Origin: a virus
Lineage: Duplodnaviria > Caudoviricetes
Reading direction: 5' to 3' (one strand)
Length of the DNA: 53,125 nt
Virus record (IMG/VR): IMGVR_UViG_3300025703_000003
Coordinates: 1-53,125 of that record
The notes below the pieces were generated by a model. The model made no database searches. It saw only the letters and a list, made by a program, of their open reading frames with translations, and was not told the origin of the DNA. Positions 18,046 to 26,136 of this stretch are shown here, piece by piece (the stretch's first letter is position 1; each line of letters starts with the position of its first letter). The translations under genes and the position numbers were made by a program.

Positions 18046-18389
18046 TATTTCTTACGCCACTTACTCTGTATCTCTTCGTCACGGCCCTGTGCGAGGATGG
18101 CGGCTTCTTTGGCCTTGCGGTCTTGCTCTTTCGTGATGGCCCCGGGAACAATGTCGTCGTCGTTGCTCACGATGAAGGGCGCGTTCAACTGGCCGTTGAG
18201 ATCACCGCGTACCTCTGAGCGCGTGTTGAATCCACCGCTCAACTCATCCAAGAGAAAGACGTACACGAGATCGAGCCACTCCTTTAGTTCGAGTCCGTTG
18301 GGGTCGACTTGGGCGAGCGTGCAGCGGGCCGAGAGGTCGGCTTCGTAGAAGACGGACCAGTGCGCGAGCCGGACCGCCGCTTGGTAAAA
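18045..18389 (-). CDS. tail assembly chaperone extension (-1 frameshift product, gpGT-like)
   Basis: The -1 frame is open from CGT TTT TAC (18383-18392) into the 18045..18266 ORF. Confidence 0.7.
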   Translation of the reverse strand, partial: FYQAAVRLAHWSVFYEADLSARCTLAQVDPNGLELKEWLDLVYVFLLDELSGGFNTRSEVRGDLNGQLNAPFIVSNDDDIVPGAITKEQDRKAKEAAILAQGRDEEIQSKWRKK

Positions 18390-18730
18390 CGGCCCGCGTA
18401 GAACTCTCCGAGTCTCGCGTAGACATCAATGACTGTTACTTGGTCGATGATGACGTCAGTGTCGTGGACTAACTTGTCCCACTTCTCGCGGTCGTCGTCT
18501 AAGACACAGCCGTCGACGTACTTCAGGGCCTCGTTGTAGTCGATGTTCCCGTTGATATCAGTGACCTTGATCATGTCCAAGGCAACGCCTGCGGGCAACT
18601 TGCCCGCGAAGCGGATTATCGTTTCGACTTCAAGACCCTTCTTCGAGTAGCCGACGATCGGCACGGAGGCCGGTTCAGCCTTTCGCAACTTAACGTCGGT
18701 CACCTTCCCTACTGGTTCGAGTGTTGGCAT
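18284..18730 (-). CDS. tail assembly chaperone (gpG-like)
   Basis: Start MPTLEP after a GAAAGGA RBS; Ser/Pro/Thr-rich tail after the slippery site. Confidence 0.75.
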   Translation of the reverse strand: MPTLEPVGKVTDVKLRKAEPASVPIVGYSKKGLEVETIIRFAGKLPAGVALDMIKVTDINGNIDYNEALKYVDGCVLDDDREKWDKLVHDTDVIIDQVTVIDVYARLGEFYAGRFTKRRSGSRTGPSSTKPTSRPAARSPKSTPTDSN

Positions 18731-18765
18731 TCGATTCCTTTCATAGCGTGGGTTTGAAATACAGA

Positions 18766-19170
18766 TTAGGACGGGAACGGCTGATAGAAGAGGTACATCT
18801 GATCCGTGAGAAATCTCCGCGCCGGCGTGCCGGGGTGGTGAGAGACCTTCGCAAAGATTGCTGCCCCGTCGGCGCCGTACCATCGAAGCGCTTTTGCCTT
18901 AACCGGGTAGATGTCGTGAGGCTTCGTACCCTCATGGACGTACAAGGCGTAGGGCTGCAGGGCTGCAATGACTACAGTGAAACCTTCTGGCGAGTCGTAG
19001 AAACGCTTCACGATGGACTGAGAGAGTCTGCCTGTTCTCTTAGGACACGCGACGATGGCTGCGTTCTGGACGACTTGGGATTTGCCGATCATGTAACGAC
19101 CAACAATCCCGTCAGGACCGTGGAGCATGTTCTCGACGACCGCTCCGTCGATTATCAACTTGTACGCCAT
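18766..19170 (-). CDS. HK97 gp10-like neck/tail-completion protein
   Basis: CPKRTGRLSQSI, YALYVHEGT and HHPGT..RRFL motifs. Confidence 0.82.
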   Translation of the reverse strand: MAYKLIIDGAVVENMLHGPDGIVGRYMIGKSQVVQNAAIVACPKRTGRLSQSIVKRFYDSPEGFTVVIAALQPYALYVHEGTKPHDIYPVKAKALRWYGADGAAIFAKVSHHPGTPARRFLTDQMYLFYQPFPS

Positions 19171-19680
19171 CTACGGCTCATCAATTGAGACGTCGAGTTG
19201 CAGCCTCATCGCCGCCATGCCGCCCTGCGGACCCAAGGGTAGGACCTGACCAATGACAAAACCTGCGGACTGACTCTTAACGGCCAAGTCCTGTTTCTTG
19301 ATTTTCGCCGCGCACGAGAGTAACGCCCCGGCGTCTCGGACGGCTTGGGTTCCGTTGGCGTTCAGGATGTTGTCGGGCGCAGGGTTAACACCCCCGTCAT
19401 TCCAGTAGCCGTAGGTCGCGACGGTTCTAAGGATCATGACGAAGAAACTTACTGAGAAAACGAGACCTTGGGCACTTTGGATGTTCTGGCCCTGTGGAGC
19501 GCCAGGTTGTCCAGTGTTGCCCGCTCCGACGTAGAGATAGAGCCCGGGCTTGTCCCAAGGCACCTCACCCGCTGCCACGTAACGATTGCCCTCGAGCGTG
19601 AAGCCCGGGATCAGCGCGAGTTGCTCCGCGAAGGAATCCAGCAGGTCATTGGCCGACGAACCCAGGTCGCTTAACTTCAT
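19171..19680 (-). CDS. tail terminator-like protein
   Basis: PLGPQGG motif and position in the neck module. Confidence 0.65.
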   Translation of the reverse strand: MKLSDLGSSANDLLDSFAEQLALIPGFTLEGNRYVAAGEVPWDKPGLYLYVGAGNTGQPGAPQGQNIQSAQGLVFSVSFFVMILRTVATYGYWNDGGVNPAPDNILNANGTQAVRDAGALLSCAAKIKKQDLAVKSQSAGFVIGQVLPLGPQGGMAAMRLQLDVSIDEP

Positions 19681-19682
19681 GT

Positions 19683-20009
19683 CTACTCAGTGACGGCGGA
19701 TGGCTCAGTCTCGTCCGATTCAGGGGGTAGCGAGGACTTTCTGGCCTTCGTCGGAACGTCGTCGCCCACAAGATCAAAGTCGCCAGAATCGCCTTCTGGG
19801 GCCTCCTCAACGGCATCCATGAAATGACCCCCAGAACGCAGGTTTTCGAGGTACTCACGGATGCCCGAGGTTGACTGGCTCTTGAAGTGCTCGATCATGC
19901 CCTGTTGGACGCCCAAGTCACTTCGTTCGAACTCACGCTTGAGTTGGTCCTTCTCCGCCTTGGTCGCTCCGGCTGTCGTGAAGCGTTTCACGGGAAACAA
20001 TTCAGCCAT
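19683..20009 (-). CDS. hypothetical protein
   Basis: 108-aa ORF with a GAGGGGAG RBS. Confidence 0.6.
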   Translation of the reverse strand: MAELFPVKRFTTAGATKAEKDQLKREFERSDLGVQQGMIEHFKSQSTSGIREYLENLRSGGHFMDAVEEAPEGDSGDFDLVGDDVPTKARKSSLPPESDETEPSAVTE

Positions 20010-20128
20010 TGGTGACTCCCCTCAAGAACGCTGGTGCCGTGCTTACCACCGGCGCTTTGTTCGCAGTATCGGCCACCACCTTCGGCGCTTCGGTTTTGAC
20101 TTCTTCGGGGGCTGCAAAGGGATCTGTG

Positions 20129-20389
20129 TCACTCATCGGTTTCCTTCTCATACTCGTACGTTCCGGGACCGTCCGCGACCTCAATAACGTCGACTTCGTC
20201 GTTACCAACGCGCGCGTACTGGTCATCGGCATTGCCAGGCGCACCCGAAACCTGAACCTTCTCGCCGTCGACTTCCTTCTCGACGATTACAGGGTCACGC
20301 GGCTCTTGCTGCTTGATTTCCTTCGGGTCGACACCATCGAACTCTGTGACGCTCTCAGATGCGGGAACGACTTCGGGTGTATCGCTCAT
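20129..20389 (-). CDS. acidic hypothetical protein
   Basis: 86-aa ORF with an AAAGGAG RBS. Confidence 0.6.
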   Translation of the reverse strand: MSDTPEVVPASESVTEFDGVDPKEIKQQEPRDPVIVEKEVDGEKVQVSGAPGNADDQYARVGNDEVDVIEVADGPGTYEYEKETDE

Positions 20390-20398
20390 GATTCTCCT

Positions 20399-20605
20399 TT
20401 ATCGGTTAAAAACATTGGGGCCAACGGTGGCACGATTAAACGAATTACATTCCAAATTCCGAATTGAGTCGGTAAGAATCTTGGGCCCGTGAACAGTGAG
20501 GCGTTGCAAACGGTGAAGAACGACGGTCGTTGCGGCCCACGGACGACTTCGAACCTTCATTGCCCAGTGGTCAAACTTCAGTCGCCTAACGCTGTATCGG
20601 TTCAT
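20399..20605 (-). CDS. hypothetical protein in a repeat-flanked insert
   Basis: AAAGGAG RBS; flanked by the direct repeat TCATGATTCTCCTTTAT. Confidence 0.45.
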   Translation of the reverse strand: MNRYSVRRLKFDHWAMKVRSRPWAATTVVLHRLQRLTVHGPKILTDSIRNLECNSFNRATVGPNVFNR

Positions 20606-20614
20606 GATTCTCCT

Positions 20615-21523
20615 TTATGTCGGTGATGGGAATTGCTGACGCTGATTTCTAGCGGTATCTGGTGAAAAGACTAGAGGTTTCTTCATCAGACCATTGGGAT
20701 TCACGCTACGAAGCCACATATCGACCGTTCGAAGACCCGTAGGGCCACCCTTGGACATGACGTCGACGACTGAAGCGATCTGGGCGGTTACTCCCTGGCG
20801 GGTGATCGTCGTCACTCGGTCGGGGTAGGCGTTCATGTCGCCCAAGAACGGGATCGCGAGGTTCTCGGCGAGAGACTTACAGGCCATCCGTCCGCCCGAG
20901 CCGCAGTCCTGACCGAACATGTACGTGACCGAGAACGTACCCTCTTGGGTGTCAGGGAAGTATTGAGTCTGGGACACGGGCCATCCCCATCTGGCTGTGG
21001 CCTTGGCGCCTTGGTAGGGCAGCATCCGAATCAGCCACTTGTTCTCGCGCAGTTCGTATTCATCCGCAGGAATGACAGTCCCGTCGATCTTGACTTCGAC
21101 TATCTCCGTGACGGGGTAGTCGTAGAGTTCGATGTAGGGCGCGGTGTCCTCGGCGTAGAGCGACATGACCGGAGGCTCGCCGAGGTTATTGACCAACGAA
21201 GCTCCCCAGCCATAGCCCCACGACCCCCAACCCGCCGAAGTCCAGGCTCGCACATCGGCATTGACCGGCCTCGAAACGGGACGAATCGTTACAGGCCCAC
21301 AGTTGCCCGTGAACCTGTGGGCCGTTCGCTCGTAGAGGATTTCGGTTGCTGACTGCGCGGCCTCGGCGCAGATCACCGCGACGATCTCGTCGCTGATTGG
21401 TGAGAGCGGGGGTATCGCCTGCGTGAGTGTCGCGTTAATCGACGCAACCGCGCTTTGAATCGCCAACGAGGATAGGACGTCGTCACCGGTGATCCACGGA
21501 CTGCAACTCGATGATCTGGGCAA
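20615..21523 (-). CDS. head-to-tail adaptor
   Basis: ATEILYERTAHRFTG, VTIRP, EVKIDG, RVTTITRQGV and TGL..VD.W...VNP motifs; TTG start inferred (ORF track 20615..21601). Confidence 0.78.
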   Translation of the reverse strand: MPRSSSCSPWITGDDVLSSLAIQSAVASINATLTQAIPPLSPISDEIVAVICAEAAQSATEILYERTAHRFTGNCGPVTIRPVSRPVNADVRAWTSAGWGSWGYGWGASLVNNLGEPPVMSLYAEDTAPYIELYDYPVTEIVEVKIDGTVIPADEYELRENKWLIRMLPYQGAKATARWGWPVSQTQYFPDTQEGTFSVTYMFGQDCGSGGRMACKSLAENLAIPFLGDMNAYPDRVTTITRQGVTAQIASVVDVMSKGGPTGLRTVDMWLRSVNPNGLMKKPLVFSPDTARNQRQQFPSPT

Positions 21524-21537
21524 TTTTCGCCCTCTGC

Positions 21538-22761
21538 TTAACCGGCAGCTTGCGCCACGTAGGACGGAACAGGCACGACGTCTGCGCCGCACGCGGTCCA
21601 CTGAAGGATCTCGCTCGAGTCGAACGGGAACTGACCCGAAGGTCCACCGCCCCAGTTCGGGTTCGGGAAGGCCACGCCGTTGTAGAGCGCCTGCAACTCA
21701 GAGTTGCTAACGTCCCTCACTCCAACCACGAAGTACGTGCACAGCGGCAGCGCGAACCAGGTGTACGGAGTAACGGGGTCTTGGTGACCTTCGGTGAATC
21801 GCTCCATGAAGAACTCGAGTGAAACACCGTTCGGGTTACCCACAATGCCAGGGGTCGGGGTTTGCTGACCGACTCCGATTCCAGGCCCGGCCGAGAGGTC
21901 GGTCTCGTTCGGTACGCCGGCGGGCTTGACCGAACCAGTGTCGACGAAGACGGGAATCAGTGCAGCGGCGGCGATCGTCGTGGTGATCGATGGAGCGGAG
22001 ACCGCGAGGCTGACTGCACCGATGGCTCCCGTCTCAGTGACCGTGAAGACGATCTTGGCGGTGTTGGTGTCGCCAGTGATCTGGAAGGTCGTTCCCGCCG
22101 GCACCAACTTCGTCAAGGCCGTGACCGTGAGTGAAGTGACCGTTCCAGTCCCCGATGCAGCAGAGGTGGCCTGTGAACCGATGGCTGGGACCGTGCCGAT
22201 CTTCTGCAAGGTGCCGAGGTAGCGACCGTAGACGACGACTCCGAGTCCGCCAGCAGCGAAGGTGAATCCCGACACGACGTTCTGGTTCGTGGTCCCCGAA
22301 GCAACGACAACAGTCTGGTCGGGGCCGATTGGCGTACGGCCATAGACCGAGTAGTTCGCGTAGGCGTAGTCGTAGGTCCCTGCGGGCAGTGTCCCACCAG
22401 TTGCTTCGAGCGTGACCGTGGGCGCGCCTGACGGCGCACCCAAAGCAACGGCAGCGTCGGAGAACAACGTGCCACCCGTGAGCAAGGCTTCGATCTGCGG
22501 GTCCGGATAGACCATCTCGATATCGACGGTGTACCACTTCTGGATGTCTCCACGTAAGTACCAGACTCCGAGGTTTCCAGCGGCGTTCTTGATAGCTCCG
22601 GTATCACCTGCCTCGTTGACCTGCGTCAAGGTGGCCTTCATCATCTGGTCTGTCACGAACACTGAAGTGCCGGGGATGATGTTGCCGGACCCGTCGAGTT
22701 GCGTGATGCGCGTGCACTTGGCGAAAACGATGCCGCCGGGTGGAAGGGTGGATTCGGTCAT
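21538..22761 (-). CDS. major tail protein with inserted beta-rich domain
   Basis: TRITQLDGSG N-terminus and NPNWGGGP C-terminus; central Thr/Val-rich insert. Confidence 0.78.
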   Translation of the reverse strand: MTESTLPPGGIVFAKCTRITQLDGSGNIIPGTSVFVTDQMMKATLTQVNEAGDTGAIKNAAGNLGVWYLRGDIQKWYTVDIEMVYPDPQIEALLTGGTLFSDAAVALGAPSGAPTVTLEATGGTLPAGTYDYAYANYSVYGRTPIGPDQTVVVASGTTNQNVVSGFTFAAGGLGVVVYGRYLGTLQKIGTVPAIGSQATSAASGTGTVTSLTVTALTKLVPAGTTFQITGDTNTAKIVFTVTETGAIGAVSLAVSAPSITTTIAAAALIPVFVDTGSVKPAGVPNETDLSAGPGIGVGQQTPTPGIVGNPNGVSLEFFMERFTEGHQDPVTPYTWFALPLCTYFVVGVRDVSNSELQALYNGVAFPNPNWGGGPSGQFPFDSSEILQWTACGADVVPVPSYVAQAAG

Positions 22762-22772
22762 TTCATTTCTCC

Positions 22773-24239
22773 TTAGGGAAATCCGGGTAGATAAACGAGG
22801 ACGGCGAACTGGCGGAGTCCATCGAAATACGCAGCGGCGAAGCGGGTCGCGCGCATTGTGATCAGGTTGGGATTCCCGCCCTCACCGCGATCGAGCGCCT
22901 GCGAGAGAAGTTTCGGGAAGACGGTCGGATTCTTTTGAAGACGAGTCGCCACGAGGTCGGTACCGTAAATCCACGACGTACCGGTCGCGGGCTCTTCGGT
23001 CGAAGGTCCAGTGCCGGGGTAGCCAACGCCGGGAACGATGATGTTGTCGAACTGGTCAAGCAGGAACGTTCCAACGCGACGTGAGTTCAAGAGGTTCGGC
23101 GCGGCTTCGGGTACGAGGTGAATCATGCCCTGACCACCAAAGCCGGTGTTCGAGAGGTACGACTGGATTATCCCTAGACCTTCGAGCATTGAGACCGCGA
23201 CGGCTTGGGTTCCCGAAGCGAAGGTGTCAGGGTTCCCGCTGAATCCAATGGCCGCGCCGCCGCCGTTTCCTTCGGTGATTGTGTCAGAGTTCCCGCTCGT
23301 GCCACGGATGACGTCAGTGAAGACGAGTTTGGTGGATGCAACGGTGACGTTGACGTACTTCGAGAATGGAAGGTGCGGGGACACTGTTGACTCAGCGGCA
23401 GATACAGCAGCGGCGAGTTCTCCGATGGTCGTGTAGACCCCCGGCGCGATCGTGAAGGTGTCGGGTGAGTTGACGTCGTAGCCACTGGTCAGAATGAACG
23501 TGTCATTGGTCGCAAGCGTGATTGTCAGCGGCAGCGTCGGGGCGGAATCTGCCGTTACGTGCGCGGGAGCCGAAGGCGTTGGCGAGACGTCCTGTGTCCT
23601 CGGTCCGGCCAAGTAGTTGTTCGGCCAGCCATTGGCTTGCGCAAGTTCACCGGTCCAGAACTCGTACTCAATCCTACCCGGCGCCGCAGAGTCGCTCTGT
23701 CGCTGCACACGTCCCAAATAGTCGATCTGCTCTTCACCGTTCAGGCTTGAGGCCGACATCTTGACGCCGACGTCCCACGGCTGTACTTCGACCTTGAGCA
23801 GATTCGGAGGTTGTGTGGGGTCGTCGACCGTCGTGACATCACCCGGCGCGCGGTTGATCGCGGCACTTCCATTTTCTGGAAGATACGCAAATCCCCGGAC
23901 CCACTTCTCGTTCTGGTCGAGGTCCAGTTCCTCACGAAGTTCAACGGGCAAAAGTCCGAGTTGCTTCGCGAGGTTCGCTTGGCTCATCGCAACCGCATCC
24001 AGAACGCCTTGATAGGCAACCTCGACGTTATCGGTCGCATACTGCTTGTCCTCTAGGGAGTCGGCTTTGGCGAACTGATCGTTGGCGTTCTTGAGTTGAA
24101 TCTTGGCCGCGACTACGTTGTCGTCGTTCTCGATGACGTCGTTACTCGGTGGCGAAATCGACGAGCCGAGCAGGGTGACCTGCGGCGGCTTCGGCGGTAT
24201 CGGTGGTACCGGGTAATACATCCCTGGTTCGTTCGGCAT
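22773..24239 (-). CDS. second capsid protein (major capsid pentamer-like) with insertions
   Basis: EYEFWTG, GMIH, IIVPGVGYPG and WIYGT motifs; directly after the major capsid gene. Confidence 0.68.
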   Translation of the reverse strand: MPNEPGMYYPVPPIPPKPPQVTLLGSSISPPSNDVIENDDNVVAAKIQLKNANDQFAKADSLEDKQYATDNVEVAYQGVLDAVAMSQANLAKQLGLLPVELREELDLDQNEKWVRGFAYLPENGSAAINRAPGDVTTVDDPTQPPNLLKVEVQPWDVGVKMSASSLNGEEQIDYLGRVQRQSDSAAPGRIEYEFWTGELAQANGWPNNYLAGPRTQDVSPTPSAPAHVTADSAPTLPLTITLATNDTFILTSGYDVNSPDTFTIAPGVYTTIGELAAAVSAAESTVSPHLPFSKYVNVTVASTKLVFTDVIRGTSGNSDTITEGNGGGAAIGFSGNPDTFASGTQAVAVSMLEGLGIIQSYLSNTGFGGQGMIHLVPEAAPNLLNSRRVGTFLLDQFDNIIVPGVGYPGTGPSTEEPATGTSWIYGTDLVATRLQKNPTVFPKLLSQALDRGEGGNPNLITMRATRFAAAYFDGLRQFAVLVYLPGFP

Positions 24240-24245
24240 GGCGCC

Positions 24246-25979
24246 TTAGGCAATCGCGACCGTAGCGGACGATCCACCACGGGGGTGCGTCGTCGAGACG
24301 ATCTGAAGGACACCACCGGAGAAGCTCCGGTTCGCAGCACCCTCGAAGGTTTCCACGAAGGTCTCGTAATCGTTGGTCGAGTCCAATGTGGCGTCTCGGA
24401 CAACTCCGAGGTCAAGGCGACCACCGTCGAGGAACTGGATCGAACCCTCGATGAAGAGGTTCCACATGACCTCGGTCGGGTAGGCCGGGACCGCAGACGA
24501 GGCCGTGAATGCACCGAAGTTCTGGGTGACGTACGTTCCCGCACCGGCGTTGGCCGTCAAACCGTCCAATGACCAGATGACCTTCACGTTGTAACCCGCG
24601 AACCAGTCGTCAATCATGGCATCGGTGATCGAGAAGACGTCGTACGGACCATCAGACGAGTGAGCAAGTTCCAAGACTCGGTCCTGCTTGATGATGTCAC
24701 GACCCCAGATGGGGAAGATGCACGTCAGGGTCTGGTCACGGTTGAGGCGGTTCGTGAAGCGGTAGTTGGCCGACGTCTGGATGATGGTCGTGAACAAGTC
24801 ACGAGAGGCACCCAACTGCGAAGCCGACGTGATCGTGTTCGTCGCGAAGCCCTGAATCGCCGTCCACAGCGCCAGGTCCGCCGCTCGCGCGGTGTAGGCC
24901 ATAGCGAGGTCGGTGTTGGAGGCAATCGTCTCGGGGTCGAACTGACCCATGAGGTTACCGAACTGCAGGCGTGTGACCATCGCGTTCACGTAGGTCGTGA
25001 CCGGGCTTTCGCAGGTGATGGTCTGAACGTTCTTGACGCTCGCACCGGGGTCGGCATCGGTCGCTTCGGTCCATTCGGTGAAAGAACCCGACAGCGCACC
25101 GATGGTGTTCGGCTGACGGTAGATAAGCCCACCGCGATTGACTTGGAATGCAGCCAAACCGTCTCGGATTGGTCGCTCCTGACTCGCCCAGACGTCGAGC
25201 GAGTAGTCGACGTTGGTCGGCAGGCACACGCCACCAGAAGCGGCGATTGCTGTCGGAGTGGTTATTGCGTCGAGCTTCTTGAAGTCCTCGGCCGTCGAGT
25301 TGCCCGAGAGTCGTCGAGACTCGGGGTACTGGTCGGCCCAGCGTGCGCGAGCGATCTTCATCTTTCCGTTCGCGGCGGTCGGGTCGAGTCCTTCAAGGGC
25401 ATAGGACATCTCTTCGGCGAGGTCGTAGCGACCTTCGTTGCCGGTGGCGAACTCGTCACCGTTCGAGTGACGCTCGAGTTGACCAACTGCGACCAGGGAC
25501 GTGCGTCCCTTCGCCTCGGTCCTCAACTCAGGGGAGAGTGTGGCTCCGCGCGAGACGCTCTTCATCTTCGCGGGGCTCGAACGCAGTGCGGAGGCGGTGA
25601 CGGCGACCTTCTCGCCTTCGGTAGCGCCTTCGGTCTCTTCGGCGACGACCTCAGTCGTCTCGTCGCCCTCTTCGGGCTCTTCGTCCTCGGGTCCACCGGT
25701 CGCGGCCTTGATGCGGGCGCGCGCGGCGTTGCGGGCTTCGGCGGCAGCGGCCTTCTCTGTCTCGAGGGAGGTCTTACGTGCCGTCACGGAATCGGCGATG
25801 TCCGCCAACTCGACGATGGTTTCCAGTGTGGCGACCGAGTCGTCGTTGTCGTCGATGTTCGAATCGACTTCGAGGATCTCGGCCTGAAGGGTCGCGAGTT
25901 CGTCGGACGTGAGTTCGTTGATGAGAGTCGCGCGTGCGGACTCATCCTTTTCGGCCCTGATGGTTGAAAGAAGGCTCAT
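24246..25979 (-). CDS. major capsid (hexamer) protein with N-terminal scaffold-like region
   Basis: AIAASGGVCLP, VNRGGL and LDLGVVRDATLDSTNDYETFVETFEG motifs. Confidence 0.88.
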   Translation of the reverse strand: MSLLSTIRAEKDESARATLINELTSDELATLQAEILEVDSNIDDNDDSVATLETIVELADIADSVTARKTSLETEKAAAAEARNAARARIKAATGGPEDEEPEEGDETTEVVAEETEGATEGEKVAVTASALRSSPAKMKSVSRGATLSPELRTEAKGRTSLVAVGQLERHSNGDEFATGNEGRYDLAEEMSYALEGLDPTAANGKMKIARARWADQYPESRRLSGNSTAEDFKKLDAITTPTAIAASGGVCLPTNVDYSLDVWASQERPIRDGLAAFQVNRGGLIYRQPNTIGALSGSFTEWTEATDADPGASVKNVQTITCESPVTTYVNAMVTRLQFGNLMGQFDPETIASNTDLAMAYTARAADLALWTAIQGFATNTITSASQLGASRDLFTTIIQTSANYRFTNRLNRDQTLTCIFPIWGRDIIKQDRVLELAHSSDGPYDVFSITDAMIDDWFAGYNVKVIWSLDGLTANAGAGTYVTQNFGAFTASSAVPAYPTEVMWNLFIEGSIQFLDGGRLDLGVVRDATLDSTNDYETFVETFEGAANRSFSGGVLQIVSTTHPRGGSSATVAIA

Positions 25980-26136
25980 AGTAAATCCGGCTCCTGTAAG
26001 TCGTGCGACACATTGTTGTGTCTAGGAACTGGATTTACCAGCAGGGCTTCGTCTTCGAATTCATCGAGATTTTGCCTTCAGTGAGATTTATAGTACACAC
26101 CGCAAAGCGTAAGACAGAGCATTTCCGAAAAGTTTT

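Noticed and set aside
24660-25967. Long plus-strand ORFs (for example 435 aa here, 34002..34730, 48445..49134)
   Set aside because: They are antisense shadows of GC-rich minus-strand genes with no recognisable motifs.
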